Shown: in pieces, positions 16,791 to 31,794 of the stretch
Layout of the letters: each line of letters starts with the position of its first letter
How positions within the stretch are numbered: position 1 is the first letter of the stretch
Source: Eledone cirrhosa
Taxonomy: Eukaryota
Direction: 5' to 3'
Length of the DNA stretch: 64,000 nt
Assembly: GCA_964016885.1 (NCBI GenBank)
Contig: OZ024742.1
Coordinates: 335,668,001 to 335,732,000 of the forward strand
The notes under the pieces: generated by a model
What the model saw: the letters and a program-made list of their open reading frames with translations, nothing else
What the model was told of the DNA's origin: nothing
Database searches by the model: none
Program-made: the position numbers and the translations under genes

Positions 16791-18462
16791 ACCACAAGAA
16801 GTACTATCGGCCAATACAAGCCGAAAACTCCGAAGACTATGGAGTGTACATACACTAATGTATTGCAAGATTATGGGTAAAAATATATAATAAAAATCAC
16901 TAAGGAGGTGTATAACATTATGAACCATATTACAAATATAGTCCAAAGCAAAAAAAGAGCTAAACAAAGGTGGTTATATAGAGCGGGAATTATATATAAT
17001 ACTATATAATATAATATACTTGTAACAATATTAAAATTAAAATTAAAAATTAAAATTAAAAGGCACAATATACATATGTATATATGTACGCACACGTACG
17101 CACATATACATATACATCAATACACATATCCATCATTAACAGCACAAATTAAACCTTATTAAGAGTTTAAATATAAATAAGCATAATAGGAATAAAAATA
17201 ATAATAATACGTATATCTAATATACAGTATAACATGAAGTAATAAAATGATTAAATGTAACACATATAATATATAATAAACTATATAATTATATAATATA
17301 TAATATAATATAATAGATAATCTCCGGTTAATTTACACAAAGAATATAGATGTCACAATAATACTATAATAATAATATAATAATATATATAATATATAAT
17401 GGCATGTAAGTTAACAAATCAATTCATATAGAGTTACAGAGTAGGTGAAAAAAAAAAATAAATTGTACAATACCCAAAATTATGATGGTACAAAAATATA
17501 AACATCTTACATGATATATAAAATTTAACATATCATAATGGTACATAAAATCAACGGTAAGTAAGTAATAAGGATCAATAGTACAATAACAACTTCAATA
17601 TAAAATAATGAACATAATATAATATATAATTACTTATAATTACAAGGTTGGTAAACAGACACATATGTGAATGAGTGAATAAGGGCCAGACAGAAAATAC
17701 TATGCACAGTAGTATTAATAAATAAATAAATAAATAAAATCAACCGGAAATTAAAAAACAAAAAACAAAAGTATTTACTTAGGTCTCACATGCAGTTAAG
17801 TAAAAACTTAGGAAACAACCCAGGTAAATGACTCGAAAACCCTATTTGATAAATTAATATTGAAGATATTTAAAATACCTAATAAGGCAATACAATATTA
17901 GCTATGGTTTAAGTAATCAAAATTTATAAACATTAATATTTCACTAAAAATATATATATAAAGGAATGAAATATTCTACTATCATTTACATAACGATATC
18001 TAAAAAACTGACTTAAGCAGAATTATGGTAGGCTAATAGGGACAGAAAAAAAGAAATGTATGGAGGATACAAAGGAGCATAAAATTATAATCAATATACT
18101 GTATTATATAATAGAAAGGAGCATAAATGAGAGGGGGGGGATTAAATATAATCATAATATATTTGAAGGGGTTGACAATAAGTTTATGTGTGCAGGGGGG
18201 GGGGGGTTATCCAAAGAAGAATCCAAATAAAATAAAATAAAATGAAATAAAATAAAATAATATAAAATATATAATCAGATATATACTTATAAGGTGTTAA
18301 TAGTGAAAATTTAATGTGTAAGAAGATAGATATGGTATAGTAGCCAAAAGATTATGAGAGCTAGAATAAAAAGTTGTCAAAAACCAATGATAATAATGAT
18401 GATAATAATGGTGGTAAACAAAAAGAACCTAAACTAAAAAAATAAGTAATGGAATATATCAG

Positions 18463-19917
18463 CTAATGGATACAATTTATACTACTAGAACCTTTAGGTT
18501 TATAATAAAAGTAAGAATTAAAAATAGCGTGGGGGCAAGAAGAGAATATCTCAGACTTTCTATTAAGTAAGGATTCACTAGAGAAAATTATAGAGTGTGT
18601 CTCGAGGATACAGAGATTACAAAATTTAGTATGTGTAGAAAGGTTATTAGAGCGTGCTACTAAACGCCAATTAAGGCTATATGGTATATTAGCCCCCTTA
18701 AGATCCCAGATATAGTGTGCTAAAGAAGTAGAATTTTTAAACTTAACATGTTTGAAATTAGAGATATGAGAGTTAAACCTAGTCTTAAAAGTGTTAGATG
18801 TAGAGCCTATATAAGTTCTATTAGAGGAATTAGTTATAACTACGCAAGCATAGACGATGTTCTTAGAGAGGCAGTTACCGTTTAAAGGGCAGTTAGCACT
18901 CACTCTACAGTTACACTTCCGGGTGCTGTTGGTTGGCTGAAGTAGTGATGCATTACACGTAGGATTACTATTAGATAAGGTCTGCTCTGGTGGTAAGGCA
19001 TTTACAGATCTGTTCAGACTCGTAGTATGTAGAGAGGAGTATCCATCCCTAATTTTCCTATTGTTAGTGCTAGCTAAATGAGAACTAATATTAGGGGTGG
19101 TAGAGAATGAAAGTTTAATAACATTTTTATTAAAAATACTATGGTATTTATGAGAAGGGGGGACATTTTTCTCTAAGATAGAAAAGAAAGACCTAGGGAT
19201 ATTAGTTAATACTTCCTGATTATATGGCGGGTTAAAATAAGTATTTAGTCTCCTTCTATTTTTATCCTTACCGACTCTACCATTATCTAATATCCCATTA
19301 TTAAGACTAGGGTTATTACAATGATTAGTTAAAACCGCATTATTAGAATCAGCCAAAATTCCATTAAGTCTCTTACTGTTTCTACCTCTAGTAGATCTGC
19401 TGCCGTCTGGAATCCCATCAAAAGGATTAGGGCCAATAGGATCAGTAGAAACAACATTATTAGAATTAGATCTAGCAAAATTATCACCAATGAGTGAGCG
19501 CTCAGAGGGTTCGACTTGTTTCCTAGAGGTATTATATTCCATATTACGAGTCCGGTGGGTTAACTTATGGATGGGTTCAGGTACACCTATGTAATTTCTA
19601 CGGTTATTATGCTTCCTACTCCCATTCATGGCCATGTTATGTGATATTATGTTATTATTATTATAAGTAAGCGGAGACTTTCTAAGGTTACTATTATTAT
19701 AATGTATTTTACTAGAGTAACCGGAATTAGCTAGGGCATTATTATAGTACTCCGCATGTTCATTAAATGTTCCTACGTCCTTAGAGAGTGTGGAAATCCT
19801 ATTAGATACACCCTTAATTATAGAGCTTATCATAGATTTGGGGTGGTTAGAATTGGGACTAACATAAGAAAGTATTTCATTAGGCTTATGGAAGGGTTTA
19901 AAACTATTAGTGACCAA
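18463..19917 (-). pseudogene. PLE ORF fragment: RT thumb (FHKPN..SNHP), Asn-rich linker, CNC-CPL-C motif, GIY-YIG endonuclease
   Basis: Motifs KPFHKPNE, SNHPK, YFNPPY, CNCRVSANCPLNGNC, IVY..TYIGST..FKTRFNSH, CNLC, SCPH in a 484-aa open frame. Confidence 0.9.
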
Positions 19918-19965
19918 GTCCAGTCACATCTAAAAGTTTGTTTTATTTTCATAATATATATATAT

Positions 19966-22387
19966 AAGTTATGTTCAGCCCTGGGGAGGGGGGATGGGCT
20001 ACACCAGGTTTAAAATACCCCAGGCATGCCGTATGACGCAACAGTACCCATACGACTCCATTAGGACCTACGGGGTTCCCATGCAAAAAATGTATTTAAT
20101 TTTAACTATGTGTAGACTACACGGGTAAAAGTTCACCCTAATGTTTGGTTATTGAACCCGTGGAGTAATGGTGACATTACGAGACATCGAGTGCGTTTTA
20201 CCTCTACATCAGCATCTTATTCACAGTCATCAAATATACTAGGGAGGGGGAGGGGGAGGAAGTCGAAACAAAAAGTAAAACAATATGGGGTAAATATATA
20301 GAAGAATACCGAGAATGTTAAAAAAACAATTAAATAAAAAAAAACAAAAAAAACAATTACTGGTTACTATTCCCTAACGACAGCCATCAAGTCTCTCACT
20401 GGTACTGCTAGACTATAGAAAAGTTTACTAGGTGGGATGGAATTATAATGAGACCCTTTTAAGAGGTAGTAGTAATCAACCGAGTATATCTTACGGTGAC
20501 GGGTCAACAAGTGGGGGGCCAAAATACTAAAGAAACTACCACGAAATAATAATTCAGAGTCCCGAGACCAATACGAAATAATTGTTTCTACCCTAGGCAC
20601 AAGGCCCGCAACCACCCAGTGCAAAAAATAAACTAATACGAAATAATAAATCAGAATCCCGAAAAAGAATACTAATACTATCTCTAAGGGTGCCGCTACG
20701 ATACAAACATTCTAGTGCAAACTACATAAATGCTCGTACGAAGTATATGGAAAATTTTGAAACGGAAAATTCATTCAGAATCCCCCACCCCCACCCCCCA
20801 AAAAATAAATACTGATATGCGAGAAATTAAAGCAAAGATACCACTAAGAAATGTAGAAAGCACGGAAAAGGGGCAGCCATCGGATAAGAAAGCAAGTATC
20901 CGGGGTCTATCACATCTGCTATAAAAAGCGGAGTCGGCCAATTCTATCATAGAATAAGGGAAGGGGGTGGGGGTACTGAGGCTACAAAGGACCGAGGGGC
21001 TGCCTCGGGTGGGCGAGAAAGTGAAAAGGACGACGACAAAGAAAGAGGACTGGGGTGGAAGGACTAGGAAGGGATGGGGAAGAAGGAAATATAGAGGAAG
21101 CGATAAAAAGCTATAAAAGAAGATCTTACGTCTACCTATGGAAGCAGGGGTTACCCATTACAAAGTTCGCAAGTGGAGTGTTACAGCCCTTGTCTACCCC
21201 CCCGGTCATTATGGGGTTTGAGGGCGAGGTAAGTCCTACGCAATCTGTGTTTGCATGCAGTTACCAGTTCGTCCTTCTTGTTTAGGAGTTGGTCCGTCGA
21301 AAACAGCATTTGTAAAGTTTCCTCCGAGCATAAATTGCACGGACGGCGTCCTCCCGTGTAAGAGTTGGCTCTGGACAGTAAGCTCCAAGTGAGATCATAG
21401 GTAATATTGTTATCCTTGAGGTCCCAGATGTTGGCCGATAGTGTGGTGGCGTGACGCCGGGCCGGGTTTCGGAAGGTATGTCTGTGTTGGTATAGCCGGG
21501 TCTTGAAGTCACATGCGGTTAATCCTATATAAGCTTTGTTGGAGGTGTCCGTCCTCACGTTGCACTGGTAGATCACATTACGATCTCTGCATCTGTTGTC
21601 GAGGGGGCAAATGGATCCATCAGGACAGTTGCACCTCCTGGTCGGCTCTCCACTGCTATTTAGGTTATTTCTTCCATAGTGGTTGAGTTTTTTGTTGTTA
21701 GAGGAGGCGATGTTTTGTGCAAAGTTTGGTGTGGTGCTGTAGGAGGGTTTGATGGTATTTTTGTTAATTATGTTGTGGTAGCGGTGTTGTAGTGGGAAGT
21801 GTTTTTCGATGAGCCTAAAGAAGATTTTACCGATAGGAGTTGTCACCTCGGCGTTGTGGGAGGATTGAACCATGTTACATTGCGTGAGCGGCGGTGTCGC
21901 CTGCTGGTTCCGCTAATGGAAGCTGGACAGTAGGATATTTCCTCCCGGAAACCACTCCGCTTGAGGGCCTGGTTGTAATAAGGCGCATGTTCCTCGAATA
22001 TCTGCTCATTAGCAGACAAACGAGATATGCGGAGGGAGATGTTTTTAACCAGGTTATTGGTGACGTTCCTAGGATGGTTTGACCGGTGGTGGATGTAGTG
22101 CAGGTTGTCATTGGGTTTCCTGTATGGGTAGTACAGATCATTATCGAGGTCAAGGGTAACGTTCAGGAAGTTTACTCGGGTCAGGGACGTTTGTAGGGTT
22201 ATTTTAAATCCCCAGTCGCGGAAGAAGCTGATTAATTGTTTACGGATCCGGTCTGTACCCTTTAAGAGTAATGAGCCCATCATGACCGTACAATCCACCG
22301 CCGAATGCAGGAAACATATCGGTGAGTTTAACTAGTAGGAATAATCCTATAAGATCCGTGACCTCAGCCGAATCCGTCGCGCCCATT
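19966..22387 (-). mobile_element. 5'-truncated PLE with frameshifted RT + GIY-YIG (coding ~21181-22385)
   Basis: MGATDSAEVTDLIGL, VNFLNVTLDL, YRKPND, SNHP, WFNPP, CNC..CPL..C, AYIGLT..FKTRLYQH, CNLC, ACKH. Confidence 0.9.
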
Positions 22388-22700
22388 TCATTTTACGTCC
22401 ACTTTTCCCTGCTTGCCTCCAAAGAAATACAGTTTTAGGAAGCCGTAGCTATGCAAACACCGGTGGGGGGGGGGGGGGGGCTAACGCCCTCTGGTGATGT
22501 CCAGCAGAAGCAAGGGGGACAACCATCTATGCATTTCAGGCTTAACTGGCCTTCGTCAGCACGGTCCCTCCCACCGCTTGCGACTGCTGGACTAGAAGAC
22601 AGCTGAGAATATATACTTTTCTCGTCTGTGTAAATGAGGTGATTAATCTCATTTGCATATGAAGCTGCATAAGTTGGATCAACTTATAATAAAAAAGAAA

Positions 22701-22742
<42 letters not shown>

Positions 22743-22925
22743 ATGTTTGTGCATAGAACAATAAAAAAGAAAAAGTCAGGTATAGGTAGATAGTTAGTTC
22801 ACTGTTTTATGATTGTTTCAGGGGGTGGATTGATCGATGGAGATCGATGTACCGACTAGCATGGTAATGGTTAACTTACTACCTATACCTGGTCGCGAGG
22901 AAGAGAGCCGATTGAACAAGTTATA

Positions 22926-23100
22926 CAGTGAAATTCCATTATAACGAAATTCGGGGTGTATAAAGCAAAATTAGTTGTAACGAAAAATTCTTTACAACGA
23001 TATCAAACTAACACATTGAGAATGTAGCCGGGGATTGAAAAAATGTTGTTATACTGAAAAATACGATGTAATGTTATTCATTATAACGGAATTTTACCTG
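22926..23100. mobile_element. Tc1/mariner-superfamily (pogo/Tigger-like) MITE
   Basis: Imperfect TIRs CAGTGAAATTCCATTATAAC / TTATAACGGAATTTTACCTG flanked by TA on both sides. Confidence 0.75.
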
Positions 23101-23149
23101 TATATGTGTTGGGTTGTAGATTTATAGGTATAAAAATAACAACAAACAT

Positions 23150-24430
23150 TTAATAATAATGAAAATGATTGTGTACAATGCTCAGGTGCACTACAACTCA
23201 TCAAAGGTGCATATACACACCACACACACATGCGTGCGTGAGGGGAATATCAGGTGTAGTGTTGGCAAATTTCTGGAGGCATGGAAATTTTGAATGATGC
23301 TGTGTCCTGACAGTTAATAACTGATGCAGGTTGTTTGTTTTCATGCTTCAGTATCTCTGAGTGTGAAAAAATGTTTCTGAAAGTCATGGAAGCTGTACCG
23401 TTTTCTGATTTTGTAGACATGCCCATAGGTGTTAGACATATGAAATTCAAAAAAGTGTCCAGGGTTGTTGTTTGTATGATGGTTAATAATCTAGTGGGTG
23501 TCTACCAAGTCTCTTGCCAGACATCGGAGCTTTAATGTATCCATGTCCAGAGAAGCAAGGTATTCAGAGTATGGTTGATTCCTGATGGAAGGTATTCCCT
23601 TGGTTGCACATTTCTGAACAGTTTCCAGATCAATATTCTGAGCAAGATAGGGGTTCCAGACTGGTGATGTAAATTCAAAGTGTGGACACACCATAGCTAT
23701 ATACAGCTTTAAATAGCTAGCTGGAGAGCGGCTAACAAAGGCCTTACTGAGTGATGCTAAGACACCTTCGGCCTTCTTGACAATTTTAGAGATGTGCTTT
23801 GTCTAATGCAAATTGCTGTTGACAATAATGCCAAGGTCACATTCACATGAAGACTTCTTGAGATTGGTGTTGTGGAGGGTGTATGTGAATGCTGTTTTTT
23901 TTTTCCTTTCAAAATGCATGATGGTACAATTGTCCACAGCAAGCTTGAGTTGCCAATCCATAATACATTGCTGCATTGTGTTCAGGTCTGATTGCAGGAA
24001 AGATCTATAGTGTTCAGGATCTGTCCTTTCTATCTCAAGGTACAGCTTGATGTAATCTACATATTTCGGCACTGTGACATTCTTCAAGCTGGCATCTAAA
24101 TCATTAATATATGCAACAAACAAAAGGGCACCAAGAATAGATCCCTATGGTACACTAGATGTCATCTCATAGGGTGAACCACTGTTCTGGAACCACAACT
24201 TTTTTCAACTGAGAATGAAGGACTTTAACCAGTTATAAAGATCATCTTTCCCACCTATTGCAGAGAGTTTTGCCATAAGTCTTTTGTGTGGCACAGAATT
24301 AAGAGCTTTAGCAAAGTTAAAACAGATAACATCCACCCATGAGCCGCCGTCAGTGATTCAGGTAAAGTCTTCAAGAAACTAGATGAATTGGCCACAGCAG
24401 CTGGAGTTAGGGATTTACTGATGGGATGAT
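23150..24430 (-). mobile_element. Decayed CR1/L2-group LINE (RT to 3' end)
   Basis: GVP.GSILGALLFVAYINDL, KYVDYIKLY, DLGIIV, PHFEFTSPVWNPY motifs; short (TAT)n tail. Confidence 0.85.
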
Positions 24431-25412
24431 GCCACACATGTATTTCAGTTGTCTGTATTACATTTATCTTGGTTGACTGGCACTGGAACTTTCCAAGGCC
24501 AAGGATGCTGGAAACTAATCATCCAGTGAAGATTTTTATTTTATGTATAACAACACACATGCACACATGTCCCACTGTAAGCTGAAGACACAACCAACAC
24601 TGTAGTGTTGTAGGCTGCTGCCATGATAAAATCCACCCAGATTCTTGATAAAGTTATAATATGGTACCCCAATAAAATACTCCCAGTCTACATTATTAAG
24701 TGGAAGTACTGGTGCCATGATAAAAATCACCCAATTAACCCTGTAAGCTGATTATGCTGGGGCCACAATTATAAGCACCCAGCCCACATTATAAAGTAGT
24801 AGTATTAGTGCCGTGATAAAAAGCACCTAGTTTGTTCTGTAAAGTGGTAGTGCTGGGGTTTTAAGGTTTCAAGGTCGTTAAGTTGGGGAAAACTAACAGG
24901 TGCTCCATAGTGTGTAATTGCCCGTATTGGCAGTTGGAATAATTATCAGTGGCGTATCCGCATTTCTGAAAGTTGGCGACACTACATGCTATTTTTCTGG
25001 TAAAAAAGGGGTGCACATTATACATGAATGAGCACAATGCACAGAAACATACAGTCTTTAGGTCAAGTCTTTGGTTTAACCCTTTTGATAGCAACCAACC
25101 TAAAACCAGCTCTAGTTCTATGGAACAAAACCATCCAAGTGTTCCTATTTAGATTAATTCTAACATACTTTCTATAAGAACCTTTTGATAAGCTGTGTTA
25201 CAAATACTATCTTAATAAATAAATAATTAGTAAATCTTTCTAAATTCTTCATTAATTTAATTCAAACACAATGTATTATATTAGAAATATGGCAAAGAAA
25301 GGGTTAAGGATAGCTTCTTCTCTCCATCTTCCCCTGCCTCAGAAACTTTGAAAACTATCATGGGCTCTACTCTTTCTTCCCTGACTAAAGAATTGTTTAT
25401 ACATATATATCA

Positions 25413-25760
25413 TGGAGGCACATGGCTTAGTGGTTAGAACATTGGCCTTGCAATCGAAAGGTTGTGAGTTCAATTCTCAGACCGGGTGATGTGTTGTTTC
25501 CTTGAGCAAGACACTTTATTTCACATTGTTCAAGTTTACTCAGCTGTAGAAATGAAATGACAGGGACTGGGGTCCATATCATTCCACTGCAAAGTGGTCG
25601 TGAAGGTGCCACGGCAAAAAAGCACCCAGCACTCACTGTAAATGAGGTTGGTGTTAGGAAGGGCATCCAGCTGTAGAAATTAAGCCAGAACCAGTTGCCG
25701 TCGACACCCTTGCAAGCAGGGAAAAGCGGACGTAAAATGATGATGATGATGATCATGATC
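25413..25760 (+). mobile_element. tRNA-derived SINE with RTE-derived 3' tail
   Basis: A box TGGCTTAGTGG, B box GAGTTCAATTC, CCTTGAGCAAGACACTT domain, tail CAAGCAGGGAAAAGCGGACGTAAA(ATG)n. Confidence 0.8.
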
Positions 25761-27169
25761 ATGAAAAATGGAAGTGAAGTAAAATATAGCAACAGTTTAG
25801 TCTGTGTGTGCCTGTCTGTGTCTGTGTATGTCTCCATATACACACTGGAACAAAACATTCCTAACAAGGACTAAACATAATAGAATCAAATTCCCATTGT
25901 CACTGCCACCATCTCTCTCGCTCTCCCCATATCTTACTCATATATGCAAATGGAGGCTCATGCTCGCTAGGCTAACACCTGCAGGTAGCCAACTCCATGC
26001 TGATTGTGGTAAGTAGGGAGGTTCTCCTAGGGCCAACTAGAAGTCTCCATTGCTACGGGCTCCACTGCAAACCTGTTGAAGAGCGACTGTGTAATAACAA
26101 TCCAAATATTATTCTACTAATAATTGATCTCATATTGATCTCATATTGACATACAAACTAATAAGATTAATATGTGTTGTTTTCTGTGTTGTATCTATTT
26201 TTAAAACCTACTTTTATTTCTGGTTATTTGGCAGTAAATTGGTAGCAAATCATTAAATCATTGGACTAAATGCCTTGATATTTGTTCTGGCTCTTTGAGC
26301 TCTGAATTGAAATCCTGCAGAGGTCAACTTTGCATTTAATTCTTTCAGGGTTGATAATTAAAATACCAATTCAGAGGTAAGGGATTGGTGGAATTGTTCA
26401 GAAATCAGATAGGATAATTTGTGGTACATGTATTAGTTCTGTATGTTCAGAGTTTAAATCTGGCCTCTTGTTACTTAAATAGTAATGATACTTCTGCCAG
26501 AAGTTGCAACAGACAAATATTATCAGCAATGGAAAGATTAATGAAAACATAGTTTCCTTGGTCTGATCTGATGATAAACTGATTACTATTTTTTTTTAAA
26601 TTTGAAACAATTTTGACATTTCCAACTAAAAACAGGTATATTCAGCATGTATTATAAAATAAGTGACTGAATATTCCACAGATACATGTACCTCGGACGT
26701 AATTTTCAGGGCGATTCAGTATGACACAGTAATGTGTCATAAGGTTGGTCCCTTGAATTAAAAGTATAGCTTTTCTAACATCCTTTCAAACAGTTTCTTT
26801 CTCCCTAATTTCAACACAAGGCTGGATTGATGCTAAGGTTATGGTAACTGGCATTTTCCCAAGATGCCATACTCTGGGACCAAACTTGGAATCTTGTAAT
26901 TGTGATGTCAATTTCTTAACCATTCATAGTTAAGTTAAAGTTTGAACCAACCCCAGAGGCTCAACAGGCTGAAGCTTGCTCTGGTTTTATTGGTGTTAAG
27001 TGACTGAGAATACAAGACTTCTCACTGGAAAAGACATGAGTCTGTCATAATGGTAAGCCTCAACTTTTGCTCAGACTCATTATTTGTTTTTACAACTGAG
27101 CTGACTTGGGCCAACATGAAATGTAGTATCTTGACACAACATAACATCCACTTTGGGAAGCCAACCCAT

Positions 27170-27460
27170 GCTGAAGGGTCTTTGGAGTAACCTTACTTGA
27201 TAGAGTGCATAGCTTGGAGATCAGAAAGTCACTCCAGGTAGAGCCACTACTTCTCCGATTTGGGAGATCACAGCTCTGGTACAATGGGCATGTCGTTAGA
27301 ATGTTTCAGGAAAGAATCGCTGGACAGATTTTATGAGCAAAATCAAACGGCAGGAGACCCAGGGGTAGACCCTGAGCAAGAGGAATGGATAACATCCATG
27401 AACTTAGCTTGTCTCGCTTGGAGATCCAGTCAAATCTGCTGGAAACAGTTGCTTAAGAGG
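27170..27460 (+). mobile_element. Decayed LINE (RTE-like) C-terminal fragment
   Basis: Translates across frameshifts to DRV..LEIRKSLQVEPLL..QL.W.GHVVRM..GRRPRGRP. Confidence 0.6.
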
Positions 27461-27763
27461 GTGAAGAAGAAAAAGATAAAGATAAATATTTATATATTTT
27501 ATTTATGTAAATATCTATATACATACATCATCATCATCATCATCATCAAAAATGTATAATATATATATTATATTAGGTATGAATTAAAGTTGTAGCTGCC
27601 ATATAGCAGGTACTAATTGAGTTGTTTGAGGCAATCACAAAGCACTCAATATAGCGGTATGTTAATACATTACCATCCAGAGTAAACACAACAGTTAAAA
27701 AGTGTGACACCAAAATGAACAACTGAAGGCACTGGCTATACATATACCACAACAATGATAAAT

Positions 27764-27834
<71 letters not shown>

Positions 27835-27838
<4 letters not shown>

Positions 27839-29227
27839 TAAAAGGAATTCCAACTTTGTCTGATTTACTCGTTTTATTTACAATCCTTTAAAGTTTATAA
27901 TGGTATTAGAATGAAATAGTATGGTAGAATATTAAATGTCAAGTGTTAATTGAACAAGTACTTTCATGCTTTCGCAATCTTCAGGTTCATATTCTGTGGT
28001 GACAGTCAAGTTTGCAATTTTCAACTGTAATGAGATGGGTAAATTTTGTGCCTTATATTCAGTGAAAAGTGGCTCCAGAATGCTAAATCTTGCAAACTGT
28101 ATTTCGACCAATCGGTGTGTAGTTTCACTGGATTACTAAAGCTGTTTGGTTTAGGCGTCACGGTTGGTTGAGCATGTCTAACGACTACTATTTGACCCTA
28201 TCCAAAGCATCAATTGTTTTGCTATTTTTAGAAATGATGAAAATAGCCTTTTCTAGTAATCATCACCATCAACATCACTTTTATTATTATTATTGTTGTT
28301 GTTGTTAGTGGTAGTAGTCGACATGGTCTGGTTGTAGTCATAGTCATAGTAGGAGTAATACCCCATTATTATTGTTCATTTAGCTTCGGTTGGAATTTAT
28401 CAATAACATTTTTTTCCTTTCATTTTTCTCTTGATTTCACTTGGTCTGTGTAATTTGTAGAATGGGAATATTATAAATATTCTCTGACCACATGTTGCTA
28501 GATGGATACTCAGGGGTATCTGACGGACATTTGGGTCTCTGATTTGCTGTCGGTGCACCCGTGCACGTTCCGATAGTGCATTTCCAGTTTGACCGACATA
28601 TAGTACTTCACAATTCGGGCATTTAATGCGGTAAATTAGATTTCGGCTTTTGCAGTTCATATTTGCATTTGGGAATATTTTTCCAGTTTTTGTGTTCATA
28701 TATTGACCAATATGTATGAACTGACATGTGCTACATCGACTATCATTGCATTTAGATACAGTGAATGATTGGTCTTTGTTGTTAAGGTCAAACTTTGCTT
28801 TTGTTAGTAATTGTTTCAAATTTTTCGGCTGTCTTTTACTAAGAGTCAAAGATCGGTCTGTGATTAAGACTTTTAATTCATTACTTTGAGCAATGATCGG
28901 TAGGAGATTTCTGGTGACATGGGTTGTGTGTCATTATAAATAGTATGACCAGTTCTTGGTTTCTTCTTCCTTGGGTTGTCCTAGGTTGTTGTATAGGTAT
29001 TTTTATAGACGCTGTATGCCCTTTTCTATGAGTAGAGATGGATATTTTTGTTTGAGCAAAAATTCTCTTAGTTCTGTTAGGCGTTTGTTCCTGGTATTCG
29101 TATCTTCTACAATAATACAAATTCTTCTGACTAGGCAGTATAGGATGTTGCGTTTTGTATGAGGTGGATGGCACGACTTAAAATTCAGATATTGATGGGT
29201 GTCTGTGTGTTTATAATATATATCCGT
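27835..29227 (-). mobile_element. 5'-truncated PLE, Neptune/Nematis-type (C-x4-C-x2-C linker, GIY-YIG)
   Basis: KCNDSRCSTC, CKSRNLIYRIKCPNCEVLYVGQTG, ERARVHRQQI; RT thumb with HPPHTKRNI in a shifted frame. Confidence 0.88.
27948..27993 (-). ncRNA. Minimal type I hammerhead ribozyme (U.U stem II closure)
   Basis: Minus strand: ATGAAC-CTGAAGA-T-TGC(GAAA)GCA-T-GAAA-GTAC-TT-GTTCA; palindromic AAGTACTT. Confidence 0.8.
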
Positions 29228-29555
29228 TTATAATATATAGTTCTCAATAAAGTAATCTAAAAAGAACACTTGTGTGTGTGTGTATGTATATATATATATA
29301 TATATGAAAAGATTCAGAACCCCCACGGCTGAGCTCCGGCCGTTTTGACAGCTAGATCCATAAAATTGATTGAAGACAGACGATATTTGCTGGTGAAGAA
29401 ATAAACACACACATAAAATGTCGAACTTTCTTTTCCACTTTCCAACTAATAAGACTTTTTGCATCTGTTTTATCGTTTCCTTCACCTATATATATAAACA
29501 TTAAAATAAACAAAATATAGACTTTAGTGTTAGTGGTGGTGGTGGTTGTATTTTG

Positions 29556-29589
<34 letters not shown>

Positions 29590-29689
29590 ATTAAAATAAA
29601 CAAAATACACATTTTAGTGTTAGTGGTGGTGGTGGTTGTACTTTTCCTATATATATATATATATATATATATAAACATTAAAATAAACA

Positions 29690-30633
29690 AAAGGGAAATT
29701 TTGGTTCTCTTTGTATCATTCTGGGGATTTAGCTGTTGTGTCTAGCATTTTCTTTTATATAAATTTCAATTTTCGGCTGCCGTTTCTAGCATTTTTTAAA
29801 ACTATTTAGATGTCAATAAGTAGTGTAAAAAAATGTCTAAATTACCTCCCTTTGACCGTGATATTTACCTGAGTTTCCAATATGGAAACATTATTGTAGC
29901 ATAGTTAGGTCCCTTTACGGTTTGAGTTCAAATCCAGTCGAGGTTAACTTTGCCTTTCATCCTTACGGGGTCGATAAAATAAAGTACCAGTAATGCACTG
30001 GTATAATTGCTGGCCTCGTGCTAAAAGTAGAAACAATTATTTGTTAGGTGGATTGGCAGTATCGGTAGAGAGTCGGACGCCATGCTTTGACGCATAGAGT
30101 TACAGCCCTTGCCATTCTGAGTTCAAATCTCGCCGAGGTTAACTTTGCCTTTCATCCTTACGGGGTCGATAAAATAAAGTACCAGTAATGCACTGGGTAA
30201 TTGCTGGCCTTGTGCCAAAAGTAGAAACAATTATTTATTAGGTGGATTGGCAGTATCGGTAGTGGGTCGGACGCCATGCTTTGACGCATAGAGTTACGGC
30301 CCTTGCCATTCTGAGTTCAAATCTCGCCGAGATTAACTTTGCGTTTCATCCTTTCGGGGTCGATAAAATAAAGTACCAGTAATGCACTGGGTAATTGCTG
30401 GCCTTGTGCCAAAAGTAGAAACAATTATTTATTTTCTTCATAACTTTCATAATAATTCATATTTTTTATTGAGATTTCATAGAGATACTTATTAATGTGT
30501 GTAGATTACAGGGCTAGAAAGTAATATATAAACTTAAAGTAGATTTGAAGAAGACTAGAATATGTGTTAGTGTTTGTGTTAGTGAATATGTTAGTGGTAG
30601 CGGTGGTGTTAGTGCTAGTGGTGGTGGTTGTAC

Positions 30634-30640
<7 letters not shown>
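29690..30640 (+). repeat. Local segmental duplication, copy 1 (copy 2 at 40535-40945)
   Basis: 29690-29893 and 30428-30610 match 40535-40940; also 29362-29488 matches ~38903-39040. Confidence 0.85.
29895..30428 (+). mobile_element. Three tandem tRNA-derived SINE units (~181 bp period, first one 5'-truncated)
   Basis: GAGTTCAAATC..GAGGTTAACTTTGCCTTTCATCCTTACGGGGTCGATAAAATAAAGTACCAG three times. Confidence 0.88.
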
Positions 30641-30664
<24 letters not shown>

Positions 30665-30806
30665 GGAGAGAGAGAGAGAGAGAGTACATCTCATACACAA
30701 TCACTAATTGGTAGATCTCAATAAAATAATCTAAAAAGAACATTTTACAAGCTTCATTTCCTTGGGATATGTTCTTAGCTAAGTAACCTAAAGCTAGAAG
30801 GTTTCA

Positions 30807-31750
<944 letters not shown>

Positions 31751-31794
31751 GTAAAACTCAATCTTAGATAATTCATATGAACCTTATATATACA

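Larger units (their letters stand above)
16596..19945 (-). mobile_element. 5'-truncated Penelope-like element (probably Naiad-type)
   Basis: ORF with RT C-terminus and GIY-YIG, long AT-rich 3' UTR, HHR near the 3' end, (TA)n on both sides. Confidence 0.88.

Noticed and set aside
26568-26620. CTGATGA...GAAAC
   Set aside because: No convincing stems I/II or UH triplet
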